Shown here: piece after piece, positions 29,328-38,882 of the stretch
Layout of the letters: every line of letters starts with the position of its first letter
How positions within the stretch are numbered: the stretch's first letter is position 1
Assembly (NCBI GenBank): GCA_041906765.1
Contig: JAYRIP010000004.1
Coordinates: 68,223 to 132,222 of the forward strand
Source of the DNA: Candidatus Saccharimonadales bacterium
GTDB lineage: Bacteria > Patescibacteriota > Saccharimonadia > Saccharimonadales > JAYRRP01
Length of the DNA: 64,000 bases
Direction of reading: 5' to 3'
Notes under the pieces: model-generated
What the model was told of the DNA's origin: nothing
What the model saw: only the letters and a program-made list of their open reading frames with translations
The model's database searches: none
Position numbers and translations under genes: made by a program

Positions 29328-29511
29328 AATCCTTGTCAAAAGCCGAGGTCTTCCTAAAAACCTTCGGAGGTTGAACCTTCTAGACAGTGTGGCTTTTATC
29401 TGCCTTTGCTTACTTCTAAGCCTAGTGGTGACTTATACCAGTGAACATTTGTCATCAATACTGCTCTATGCTAGATTGATGACACAGGTAAGCTGATAAG
29501 GAGTTATTACA

Positions 29512-30015
29512 ATGTCAGAAGGCAAGAAAAGTTGGTTTGCTCGGCATAAAATACTAACCGTCATCATTGCTCTTATTGCGATTGGGGCTGTAGCCACTGC
29601 AGCAGGCGGTGGTAAAACAAAAACCACTACCAGTAATAACACAAAGTCCAGCACCTCTAGTAAGACCGAGCCAGCAAAGACTGAAACCAAGGCACCAGAG
29701 CCGAGTGTACCAGCAGAGTATAAGTCCGCATTAGCTAAAGCCAAGCAGTATTCCGATACTATGCATATGTCAAAACAAGGTATTTATGATCAGCTAACTT
29801 CAGATTATGGAGAGAAGTTTAAGCCGGAAGCCGCACAGTACGCAGTAGATAATCTAAAAACTGACTACAATGCTAATGCTCTAGCTAAAGCTAAGGAATA
29901 TCAAAAGACGATGAACATGTCGCCAGCCGCTATTCACGACCAGCTAACATCTGCTGCTGGCGAAAAGTTCACGGCAGCAGAGGCGGATTATGCCATCGCT
30001 CATCTTAATCAGTAG
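29512..30015 (+). CDS. Ltp-family surface protein (two Ltp repeats)
   Basis: ALAKAKQY....MSKQGIYDQLTS.YGEKF..EAAQYAV repeated twice; AAGGAG SD. Confidence 0.88.
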   Translation: MSEGKKSWFARHKILTVIIALIAIGAVATAAGGGKTKTTTSNNTKSSTSSKTEPAKTETKAPEPSVPAEYKSALAKAKQYSDTMHMSKQGIYDQLTSDYGEKFKPEAAQYAVDNLKTDYNANALAKAKEYQKTMNMSPAAIHDQLTSAAGEKFTAAEADYAIAHLNQ

Positions 30016-30064
30016 TGACTGATAAGAATAGGTGCCGGAATTAGCTCAGTATCTGCATGAACCT

Positions 30065-30443
30065 TACTCAGCATCTAGTGGAATATGTTCGACTAGCATC
30101 GGTCTCAATAGCTGCTTCGATAAAGCTTCTAGATATGGGGTTTTTGAGCTCATACATAAAGCCCTCTTGCTCATTTGCAGTCGTTGCGTAAACTATACGG
30201 TCAAAGTGTGAGCCCATAGAGCACATGCAAAGCACATTGTGCAGGGTTCGTGACTCGCATAAAGTACAGCGCCATCAATGTGGTTGCTTCTGAGTGCAAC
30301 GAAAGGTCGTTAGTTTCATGGACGTGATTGTATTCGACAGAAATTATCTTGTTGTCTTTGACTACCACAGCACCAAAATTATATGGTTGTGGCATTTGGT
30401 TGCCGACCTCAATCGCCTTTGCAAGAAAATCTTGGTCTGTCAT
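30065..30443 (-). pseudogene. Frameshifted zinc nucleoside/guanine deaminase
   Basis: FGAVVVKD..HSE in one frame; LYASHEPCTMCFACALWA in a second; DRIVYA after another shift; segment after HSE deleted. Confidence 0.8.
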
Positions 30444-30531
30444 AAGCTAATAATAACAAAAAGATACCGCCTCATTTCTTCTGTGATGCTTGTGCTCGAT
30501 GTAAAGTGTTTATTAATATTGTCAGTGGCTA

Positions 30532-31302
30532 TTAGAACCTTAATCTAGTGACTACTGGATAGTGATCTGTGAGGACATCGTTAAGTATCTGCATTGAAAC
30601 GAGTTTAAAGCCACTAAATATAACGTGGTCATACCTTCTTCCTTTAGGTGTGGTGGGTTCTTCAAGCGTTACTTCATTTACCTCGGCTCTAAATAGGTTT
30701 GGCAGAACATTAGCAAGCTGCCGGTAATCTAAGTTAAAGTCACCTTGAATAATAAAATCTTTACCTTCAACTCTTAACTTTCTCTGCATATCTTCCAAGA
30801 CTGGCTTTGCTGCTTCACTGAGCGGATCTACTTCAAAACGCCTGAAAGGAATTGCGTGGAGAGTTATTATAACAACTGGTTTGCCATCAATATTAAGCGT
30901 ACAAGTTGTAGCACCTTTATTGTGTGAGACAGCTTTGCCTCCATCCTCCCAATCTACTTCGTAATGGGGGTTTGTGAATAGCTGAAAAGAGTGATTTGTT
31001 ATCCTGGACCGCGAAATAACACCTTGTCCAAGTTTCTGCCCCGCTTCAACGTGTGAGCTTGCATAGAAATCACTCTCGTAATATTCCAGCCCAAGCGCTT
31101 TAGCGATTGTCTCTATTTGATTTGAAGTTTCATCGGAGTGGACCTCTTGCAGAGTGATAATGTCTGGAGAAAGTTTTTTTAGCGTCACAATAATATCCTC
31201 TAAACCATTAGTGTCGTATGAGGACATAAGATTAATATCACTGTCTGGATGTCTAATTTTGCCGCCACCTATATTCCACTGGACAGTTGTAATTTCAGTC
31301 AT
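30532..31302 (-). CDS. Endonuclease/exonuclease/phosphatase (EEP) family protein
   Basis: WNI, PDIITLQEV, GDFN, YDHV, TDHYPV. Confidence 0.9.
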   Translation of the reverse strand: MTEITTVQWNIGGGKIRHPDSDINLMSSYDTNGLEDIIVTLKKLSPDIITLQEVHSDETSNQIETIAKALGLEYYESDFYASSHVEAGQKLGQGVISRSRITNHSFQLFTNPHYEVDWEDGGKAVSHNKGATTCTLNIDGKPVVIITLHAIPFRRFEVDPLSEAAKPVLEDMQRKLRVEGKDFIIQGDFNLDYRQLANVLPNLFRAEVNEVTLEEPTTPKGRRYDHVIFSGFKLVSMQILNDVLTDHYPVVTRLRF

Positions 31303-31336
31303 ATACTAATCGTAACAAATTAGTACGGTCTAAGAG

Positions 31337-31546
31337 TGGTCTCTGCGGGATAGCGGACTTCGTCCTTTTCCGCTGTGGCGTGCTCGAAGCTAGCTTCTGC
31401 GCGCGTCCTCGCTCCACCGCACCCGCGTCACGTGTTCCATTCCACTGCGGGATGCGCTTCGCTTGCACGGACTTCGCTTATTCGGAACAAGACTCCTGCA
31501 CGCTCAGTCCTGTACGAACCCACCCTTCGGGTAACCGGGTTCGAAT
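31337..31546. repeat. GC-rich hairpin element embedded in a degenerate duplicate of the tRNA-Glu 3' end
   Basis: TGGT-CTCTGCGGGAT (31337-31351) vs tRNA TGGTGACCCCTGCGGGAT; several CTTCG hairpins; GAAGCTAGCTTC palindrome. Confidence 0.55.
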
Positions 31547-31560
31547 GCTCGTAGAGCAAT

Positions 31561-31598
31561 CATGAAAACAGACCACCAGAAGGTGATCTGCTTTCATG
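31561..31598 (-). terminator. Hairpin directly downstream of tRNA-Glu
   Basis: CATGAAAACAGACCACC-AGAA-GGTGATCTGCTTTCATG imperfect inverted repeat. Confidence 0.6.
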
Positions 31599-31673
31599 GT
31601 GACCCCTGCGGGATTTGAACCCGCGATCTTCAGGATGAGAACCTGATGTCCTGGACCACTAGACGAAGGGGCC
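31597..31673 (-). tRNA. tRNA-Glu(CTC)
   Basis: Reverse complement GGCCCCTTCGTCTAGTGGTCCAGGACA-TCAGG-TTCTCAT-CCTGA..GGTTCAAATCC..GGGGTCACCA. Confidence 0.96.
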
Positions 31674-31806
31674 TTCTAGCATATTCCAGCTAAGCGATAC
31701 TACCATGATTACAGGGGTGAGTCCAGTCGCTACCGGTATTTTGGATTTGCATACTAAAGCGCTAACCTGAGATAATAGCGTAAGCATTAAGACTAAAACG
31801 CATTAA

Positions 31807-33156
31807 ATGACAACTCTTATAATCTTAGGCGGGCTGATTGGTGTTTTGATTTGTGCAGCAGGCGTATTCTGGATTATCCGCAAACGGCATAAAGCAAAAA
31901 CCGGTAATAGCAGCTGGCTAGCCGAGCGGTTACAAACAGAAAAACTACAGTCTGATATCATCTTAAACGCCATTGAGGACGGTGTAGTGGTAATCGATGA
32001 ACAAAAGACCATTCGCCTCTTTAATCCGGCAGCCGCCCGGCTAACCGGCTGGAACCAAAGTGAGGCTATTGGGCTGGATTCGGCTAACGTATTACAACTT
32101 ATTGATGACAAAAATAAGCCTTATGATAAGGAACAGAACCTCTTTTACCATGTCTTGCAAAACGGCAAGACCGAGCGTGACAGCAACGCCATACTGCTGT
32201 CGCGCAATAAAAAACAGATCTCAATTAACTTAAGCGTGTCACCACTTCTCGATCAGCAACAGCAGATAAGTGGAGCGGTGGGAATTTTTCGTGATGTGAG
32301 CGAGGAACGCCAGCAAGAACGCCAGCGCGCCGAGTTCATCAGTACGGCAAGCCATGAAATGCGTACTCCCGTAGCTGCCATCGAAGGCTACCTGGCACTG
32401 GCTATGAACGACAAAGTCAGCCGTGTCGACAGCAAGGCTCGCGAATATCTTGAAAAAGCCCACAGCTCCACCCAACATCTAGGCAAGCTCTTCCAGGACC
32501 TGTTAACCAGCGCCAAGGCTGAAGACGGCCGTCTTAGCAACCATCCGGCACTATTGGAGATGGGAGCATTCATGGAACAGCTGGCAGAAGACCTGCGCTT
32601 TGCTGCTCAGAAAAAGGGCTTATTAATGGAATATATAATCGGGACCGGCAGCGGGGAACACGACGCTACCATCAACGCCGTTAATGAAGGATCGGGAAAA
32701 GTAATAAGTCCCCTTTATTATGTGCAGGTCGATCCTGACCGCATCAGAGAAGTCATCACCAACTTGTTTGATAATGCCGTAAAGTATACCGAGTCAGGAA
32801 AGATATCCATAGGGCTAACCGGCAATGACCAGATAGTCCAGTTTTATGTCAAAGATACTGGCGCCGGCATAAGCGCTGAAGATATACCCCATCTTTTCCA
32901 AAAATTTTATCGTGTTGACAATTCAGCCACTCGTGCCGTGGGTGGAACAGGCCTGGGGCTCTTTATCTGCCGTAAGATTGTCGAGCTATACAATGGGAGA
33001 ATTTGGGTTGAGAGCGAGCCCGATAAAGGGAGTACTTTTTTTATTAACTTGCCGAGGCTGAGTGCTCAAAAAGCCAACGAACTACAATCCACCCAAGCCC
33101 CCTCCATCGTTGATGCCCCCACCGAACCCGTCACTAGTACCCCACAGGCAAATTAA
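31807..33156 (+). CDS. PAS-domain sensor histidine kinase
   Basis: N-terminal TM, PAS, ASHEMRTP H-box, NLFDNAVKY, DTGAGI, GGTGLGL. Confidence 0.95.
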   Translation: MTTLIILGGLIGVLICAAGVFWIIRKRHKAKTGNSSWLAERLQTEKLQSDIILNAIEDGVVVIDEQKTIRLFNPAAARLTGWNQSEAIGLDSANVLQLIDDKNKPYDKEQNLFYHVLQNGKTERDSNAILLSRNKKQISINLSVSPLLDQQQQISGAVGIFRDVSEERQQERQRAEFISTASHEMRTPVAAIEGYLALAMNDKVSRVDSKAREYLEKAHSSTQHLGKLFQDLLTSAKAEDGRLSNHPALLEMGAFMEQLAEDLRFAAQKKGLLMEYIIGTGSGEHDATINAVNEGSGKVISPLYYVQVDPDRIREVITNLFDNAVKYTESGKISIGLTGNDQIVQFYVKDTGAGISAEDIPHLFQKFYRVDNSATRAVGGTGLGLFICRKIVELYNGRIWVESEPDKGSTFFINLPRLSAQKANELQSTQAPSIVDAPTEPVTSTPQAN

Positions 33157-33211
33157 CATGGTACAATACGCATAAGCTCAAGCTTTATAAGAAAATACAG
33201 GATACATACGT

Positions 33212-34450
33212 ATGGCAAAAGTAATGCTGGTAGAAGATGATAACAATCTTCGTGAGATTTATGAAGCCCGCTTGCTTGCAGAAGGATATGAGATAATATC
33301 GGCCAAAGACGGCGAAGAGGCATTGGCTCTCGCGGTCAAAGAACGCCCAAACCTAATTATTTCTGACATTATGATGCCGAACATAAGTGGTTTTGATATG
33401 CTCGATATCTTGCGCAGTACCCCGGAAACGAAAAACACCAAAGTTATTATGATGACTGCCCTAAGCCAAGCTGAGGATAAAGTTCGGGCAAATAAGCTCG
33501 GGGCCGATCGCTACCTGGTAAAATCCCAAGTCACCCTTGAGGATGTCGTAAAGGTAGCAAAAGAAGTACTCGAGGGTACATCTGATACACCACCAACCGA
33601 TATTGCCGCTAGTATACCTCCTAGCCCCGCAGCGGCCAGCAAGGGCCCTGCACCATCTGCTGTCGAAAAACCCACCGAACCTGCTGGAGGTAATAAAAGT
33701 GAGCAAAAACCACCTCAGCCAGTGGAGGTGAGTACTCCCGAAACGCCCAAACAAGAGAAAGAAACCACAGCAGACAATACTTCAGGGGAGACAACAGGCA
33801 CCACACCTGTCGATACTACTCCCAAAAAGCCGCTGCAAAATGACCAACCAACTGCTACCGTTCCAACTCCTGCAGAACCAACTACAGCACCAAATAGCAA
33901 TCTTGAAGAGGATAATTCAACTGGTAATGATACTATCCAGACATTGCCTGTTGTCGAAGTAAATGAGAATTCCAGCGGCGATACTGCCAAGAATCAAACT
34001 GAAAATGCAGTAGCCGATAAGCAACCAACATCTAAGCCTGCCGAGAAGGCAACCAACGGTGACACCTCAAAAGAAACGGAAGGGCAGGACTCTAATCTTC
34101 CTGATGACATTGCTGCAACCACTACACCACCACCGCTACCCGAACCTGAAGTTGTGAAGCCAAACGAACACAATACGCCCATCAGTACTGCCTCAGAAAC
34201 TTCGTTGGACGAAGATGACAAGCCACCAACCGTCCTGCATACCAAAGTCATTAAGCCACTCAGCGACTTCAAAAAGCAAAAAACTGATTTTGAGGCACTC
34301 GTGGCAAAAGAAGAGGCAAAAGAAACCGGCGCTACTGCTGAACCAGTTGTCCAAGACGTTGAACCAGTAAAAGAAGGTGGTGAGGCGCCCTCACCACAGA
34401 CTATTACTCCCACGAATGAAAACGTCGACCCCAACTCAGTCGCACTCTAA
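33212..34450 (+). CDS. Response regulator receiver with long Pro/Thr/Glu-rich tail
   Basis: LVEDD, SDIMMP, MTA, YLVK; about 290-aa low-complexity C-terminus. Confidence 0.9.
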   Translation: MAKVMLVEDDNNLREIYEARLLAEGYEIISAKDGEEALALAVKERPNLIISDIMMPNISGFDMLDILRSTPETKNTKVIMMTALSQAEDKVRANKLGADRYLVKSQVTLEDVVKVAKEVLEGTSDTPPTDIAASIPPSPAAASKGPAPSAVEKPTEPAGGNKSEQKPPQPVEVSTPETPKQEKETTADNTSGETTGTTPVDTTPKKPLQNDQPTATVPTPAEPTTAPNSNLEEDNSTGNDTIQTLPVVEVNENSSGDTAKNQTENAVADKQPTSKPAEKATNGDTSKETEGQDSNLPDDIAATTTPPPLPEPEVVKPNEHNTPISTASETSLDEDDKPPTVLHTKVIKPLSDFKKQKTDFEALVAKEEAKETGATAEPVVQDVEPVKEGGEAPSPQTITPTNENVDPNSVAL

Positions 34451-34494
34451 ATAAAAACTTGAAACAGTTATAACTCACCTTTACGCTATAAGAC

Positions 34495-35142
34495 ATGCGT
34501 ATCAATCAGTTCATTGCTCTTGCTACCGGTTTATCACGGCGCCAGGCAGATATTCTTATCACCAAAGGCACCGTGCAGGTAAATGGCCACATAGCAACCC
34601 TCGGTACAAAGATTCAACCTGACGACCGAGTAACACTTCAGGACAAACACTTGCGTCCCCTAGAACATCTCACTATTCTTTTGCATAAACCAGTTGGCTA
34701 TGTATGCAGCCGAAATGGACAGGGAAGTCCAACGATATATGACTTGCTCCCCGGCAAACTCCACAACCTGAAGCCAGTTGGTAGACTCGATAAAGACTCA
34801 TCCGGACTGCTCCTTATGACAAATGACGGCGCGTTGGCACACCGCCTTACCCATCCGTCTACACATAAGGATAAAGTGTATGAGATAAAGCTGGAGCGCC
34901 CTCTGGCTGATAGCGACAAATTAAAAATACTGGAAGGGATAGAGTTTGAGGATGGCTTAAGCAAACTTGGACTTTCTGGAAAAAATAAGCTCTGGACCGT
35001 CACTATACACGAAGGCCGCAATCGACAAATCCGCCGCACCTTTGAAGCGCTTGGTTACAAGGTTATCAATCTCCACCGCATTCACTTTGCCGAATTTAAT
35101 TTAGATACCTTAGAAGTAGGTAAACTAAAAATTATCAGTTAA
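34495..35142 (+). CDS. RsuA/RluB-family rRNA pseudouridine synthase
   Basis: S4 domain, HKPVGY, VGRLDKDSSGLLL, EGRNRQIRR. Confidence 0.93.
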   Translation: MRINQFIALATGLSRRQADILITKGTVQVNGHIATLGTKIQPDDRVTLQDKHLRPLEHLTILLHKPVGYVCSRNGQGSPTIYDLLPGKLHNLKPVGRLDKDSSGLLLMTNDGALAHRLTHPSTHKDKVYEIKLERPLADSDKLKILEGIEFEDGLSKLGLSGKNKLWTVTIHEGRNRQIRRTFEALGYKVINLHRIHFAEFNLDTLEVGKLKIIS

Positions 35143-35733
35143 AAGCGTTTCCTGATCAATCACTTCTTGTTGGGCGTCTTGCAAAGCCTTAAGGGCAATA
35201 TTTGGAGAATTTAAATTGGCGGGGAAATGTAGCAAAGCCATAGGTGAACCTGCCTTCACCTTTTTGTGCTTATGTACTCTCAGGATAGAAACAAGTGCAA
35301 ATGGTGCTTCCGATACTGCACACAGATATTCCACGCCCTCATCCTGAAATACATTCTCTCCAAGCTCCTGATAGACATTGCGCTTATGGTCGTTCCAGCG
35401 CGTTAATGCGTTACGTGAAAGTCGAAGACTTAAGATTCGGTCACGAACATTTGATACGTTTAATTCGCTTTCGGGTATGTTGGTCGAGGATACCGTAGCA
35501 AAGCGAATTCCAGCACCTACCTTATCAGTCAAATGGGGAACTCCACCAGGCCAATAAGAAGAGCCTGTTAGGGGCTGAAGGCTACAATCTTGATCAACGG
35601 TATCGTCAAACCCGGGCCCCGCTAGATACAAACTACTATACGAAATGTTATGGTATTGTTCCCAGCGAAATGCTGCATCTTGTACTTTAAGTACTTCATC
35701 GGGTGGCTCAATATATTCTCGAAACTCTGACAT
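35125..35733 (-). CDS. Hypothetical protein
   Basis: 202-aa ORF with TATAAT upstream; no recognised domain. Confidence 0.6.
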   Translation of the reverse strand: MSEFREYIEPPDEVLKVQDAAFRWEQYHNISYSSLYLAGPGFDDTVDQDCSLQPLTGSSYWPGGVPHLTDKVGAGIRFATVSSTNIPESELNVSNVRDRILSLRLSRNALTRWNDHKRNVYQELGENVFQDEGVEYLCAVSEAPFALVSILRVHKHKKVKAGSPMALLHFPANLNSPNIALKALQDAQQEVIDQETLLTDNF

Positions 35734-35796
35734 AAAGTTACCATATTATATAAATGTCTATGTGTCAATTCTCATACCTCTGTTATAATACAGCCA

Positions 35797-37143
35797 ATGG
35801 CACAAAAAGTACCGATTGCAGCAATCGTGGGGCGGGCAAATGTAGGCAAGTCTACGTTATTCAATGCGGTTTTAAAAAGACGCGAAGCCATCGTCGCACG
35901 GGAGGCCGGTACAACACGCGACAGCCTCACTGCTAAAGCATCTTATAGAGGTAGTGATTTCTGGCTTGTGGATACTGCCGGTATGAAAGACCCCGAAGAT
36001 GACTTTGAATTGACTATTCAGGAGCAGATCGTGCAAGCGGCAGAGAGCGCTGATGTCATTATTGTAGTCGCACAAGCCAATACCGTATTGACCGAAGAGG
36101 ACAGACGGGTAGCTCGACTGGCGCTCAGGAGTAGCAAACCGGTACTGCTGGCCATCAATAAGGCAGACAAGGCTAAGCATGCGTCCTTCGACGAGTTTCG
36201 AAAGCTAGGCATTAAAACTATTGTGCCAACCAGCGCATTAAATAATAGCGGCATCATTGAACTGCTTGATCAGCTAGTAAAAATTATTCCACATACGAAA
36301 GTGAAAGAGGCGCCAGACCGTTTGAGACTGGCAATATTAGGCCGACCAAACGTCGGCAAATCCCAGCTTTTCAATACGCTGGCAAAAAAACAGCAGGCGA
36401 TAGTCGCCGATAGGGCAGGCACCACACGGGATATTAACCGAACAGTGGTACGCTTTGAGGGACGGGAATTAGAACTGCTGGATACCGCCGGAATTCGTCG
36501 TAGTGGCAAAATCGAGCCTGGCGTGGAGCGTTTCAGTGTTCTCAGGGCTCTTAGTGCAATCGAACAAGCCGATGTCTGCTTGCTGCTCATGGAGGTAAAC
36601 GAGCTGGGCGTACAACTCGACCAAAAAATTGCCGGACTTATTAAAGAAGCTGGCAAAGGGCTCATATTAGTAGTAAGCAAGTGGGACAGCTATGAGGACA
36701 AAACCGCTCATTCACGTGATTATCTGGCTGTCCAGATTAAGCAAAATTACGCTTTTGTACCTTGGGCACCCTTGGTATTTACCAGTTCTATAACTGGCCA
36801 AAATGTCACCAAGTTATTTGAAATAGCACTTGACATCGACAAACGCCGACATACTTATATTCCTACCAGCGAATTAAACCGCTGGCTTAAAACGGTGCTC
36901 CTGGACCATCCGCCTGCCGGGCTGAAAAACCGCAACCCCAGACTCAACTATATAGTGCAGGAAAATGATAATCCGACACCGACCTTCAAAGTATATGGTA
37001 CCCATTCCCGTCTCCTGCACTGGAGTTACAAAAGGTACCTGGACCGACGTTTGCGTGAAGCGTATGATTTTAGCGGCACTCCACTTGTATTTTGGTTCTT
37101 TGATAAGAGCGGAAAAACTCCATCACCAGGAAAGGATAATTAG
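35797..37143 (+). CDS. der: Ribosome biogenesis GTPase Der (EngA)
   Basis: Two tandem G domains (GRANVGKS, GRPNVGKS, DTAG) plus KH-like C-domain. Confidence 0.97.
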   Translation: MAQKVPIAAIVGRANVGKSTLFNAVLKRREAIVAREAGTTRDSLTAKASYRGSDFWLVDTAGMKDPEDDFELTIQEQIVQAAESADVIIVVAQANTVLTEEDRRVARLALRSSKPVLLAINKADKAKHASFDEFRKLGIKTIVPTSALNNSGIIELLDQLVKIIPHTKVKEAPDRLRLAILGRPNVGKSQLFNTLAKKQQAIVADRAGTTRDINRTVVRFEGRELELLDTAGIRRSGKIEPGVERFSVLRALSAIEQADVCLLLMEVNELGVQLDQKIAGLIKEAGKGLILVVSKWDSYEDKTAHSRDYLAVQIKQNYAFVPWAPLVFTSSITGQNVTKLFEIALDIDKRRHTYIPTSELNRWLKTVLLDHPPAGLKNRNPRLNYIVQENDNPTPTFKVYGTHSRLLHWSYKRYLDRRLREAYDFSGTPLVFWFFDKSGKTPSPGKDN

Positions 37144-37148
37144 ACCGC

Positions 37149-37793
37149 ATGGGACTGTTTACCAAAAAGCCAGTCAGCCAGTCAGCCGACCAGCCACTCT
37201 ACACACTTACCAACCAAGAAACGCTGCTGTTTGTGGGTTTAGGCAATCCCGGTCCGGATTACGAAGGCACAAGGCATAATATTGGCTTCGCATGCCTGGA
37301 CCACTTCATCGACTCTCACAAAGAGATGGATAAATGGCATCACAAGCCAACCTTAAAGTGTACACTGACAAGCGGAACATTCGGCTCAACTCGTGTGTTA
37401 GCCATTAAGCCTACCACCTATATGAATTTAAGCGGACAGGCAGTACATGCTGTACAGAAATTTTACAAACTACGTCCCTCACAAATCTATTTAATCCATG
37501 ATGAACTCGATATAACTTTTGGGCTTATAAGAACAAGATTCGGCGGTAGTTCGGCCGGACACAATGGTGTCCAATCAATTATTGACCAAGCCGGAGATAA
37601 ATCTAATCGTATTCGGATCGGTATCAAAAATCCCTTGCTGCAAAAAACCGACAGCGCACAATTCGTGCTCAAACGATTTGCCGATGTCGAAAGAAAATAC
37701 CTGCCAGCACTGCTTAAAGAGATTGACAGTATCTTGGTGGAATGTATCTATAGCCACAAGCTGCCAACCGATACGCGCCAATTTATTGTATAG
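37149..37793 (+). CDS. pth: Peptidyl-tRNA hydrolase
   Basis: VGLGNPG..Y..TRHNIGF, KPTTYMNLSG, HDELD, GHNG. Confidence 0.96.
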   Translation: MGLFTKKPVSQSADQPLYTLTNQETLLFVGLGNPGPDYEGTRHNIGFACLDHFIDSHKEMDKWHHKPTLKCTLTSGTFGSTRVLAIKPTTYMNLSGQAVHAVQKFYKLRPSQIYLIHDELDITFGLIRTRFGGSSAGHNGVQSIIDQAGDKSNRIRIGIKNPLLQKTDSAQFVLKRFADVERKYLPALLKEIDSILVECIYSHKLPTDTRQFIV

Positions 37794-37858
37794 GCCTTTC
37801 AACCTGTGACGCTGCATAATTCATTGCTATACTGAAGAAGAATAAATAGGAGGACGGG

Positions 37859-38521
37859 ATGAAAAAAGTAGCCATCGGCGTGATAGTGGCTATAGTGGTA
37901 ATTGGTGCAGTTTTATGGGTACTAACGAGTCGAAAGGACAAAAATACTTCTCAGAACACACAGAGCGCACAAAGTCAGCAGCAAACACCGTCCGCATCGA
38001 CAGATAATTTTAATCCTCAGCCACTTGATAATATGGACTTTACCGCAACGCTTACCACGACGACACCGAATGGCGGCAGCGTCAACGCCAGCGTGGAATA
38101 CGATAAAGACACGAACGCCTGGCACTACAGCGGACAAAGTAACGGTTCTACCATTGAGGCTATCTACGCTCCCGATGCATACTACCTAAAAATGAACGAG
38201 AGCTGGATGAAATTGCCCCTTACACAAGCTTCCCAGTCATTTAATCCCAGCCAATATAAGTACGACCAAGCCAGCCTAAAAGATTTCCAGAATAAAGTAC
38301 AAAACAAAGGTACCGGAGAGTGCCCAGCCGGCACCTGCCAAATTTGGGAGATAACAGATTATCAAAGCAACGACAAAATTACGTTTTTTGTCGACAAAAA
38401 GACCAATCGGATCAGTCAGATTGTGACCGAAGCAGCCGGCGGCAAAAACACTATCACTTATTCATACAAAGACGCCTCTGTTCAAATTCCGGAGAATGCA
38501 ACCGTTGCGCCGGGTGCATAA
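37859..38521 (+). CDS. Membrane-anchored exported protein (possible LolA/LppX-like fold)
   Basis: N-terminal TM, Q/S linker, beta-rich domain; GGAGG SD. Confidence 0.6.
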   Translation: MKKVAIGVIVAIVVIGAVLWVLTSRKDKNTSQNTQSAQSQQQTPSASTDNFNPQPLDNMDFTATLTTTTPNGGSVNASVEYDKDTNAWHYSGQSNGSTIEAIYAPDAYYLKMNESWMKLPLTQASQSFNPSQYKYDQASLKDFQNKVQNKGTGECPAGTCQIWEITDYQSNDKITFFVDKKTNRISQIVTEAAGGKNTITYSYKDASVQIPENATVAPGA

Positions 38522-38530
38522 GAATTGACC

Positions 38531-38869
38531 ATGCAAAAAAAAGAGGGAATAATCACTGACCATCTCGTGCGGCTTGCACTGGGTTTGTTATTGGTCATTA
38601 TCTTGTTTGGTGCGACGTTTTATCATCTTGTTGAAAGATGGAACTGGCTTGACAGCATTTACTTCACTGTCATCACCCTTGCAACCGTTGGTTATGGTGA
38701 CCTTACCCCGAGAACTGACTTAGGCAAAACCTTCACCATATTTTATGTGTTTATTGGTATTGGCTTGTTTGTCACTATTGCTAATTTGTTCCTCAGGCAC
38801 CGTTTCCAAAAAGGCTTGGCAAAAACTCAACGAAGGAGAGGAGCGCCTAAACTTGATAAGCCCAACTAG
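38531..38869 (+). CDS. Minimal 2-TM potassium channel
   Basis: YFTVITLATVGYGDLTP selectivity filter. Confidence 0.92.
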   Translation: MQKKEGIITDHLVRLALGLLLVIILFGATFYHLVERWNWLDSIYFTVITLATVGYGDLTPRTDLGKTFTIFYVFIGIGLFVTIANLFLRHRFQKGLAKTQRRRGAPKLDKPN

Positions 38870-38882
38870 ACATGGATTTGTC

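Noticed and set aside
30034-30050. GCCGGAATTAGCTCAGT, tRNA 5'-end-like
   Set aside because: No anticodon arm or T-arm follows; too short to call
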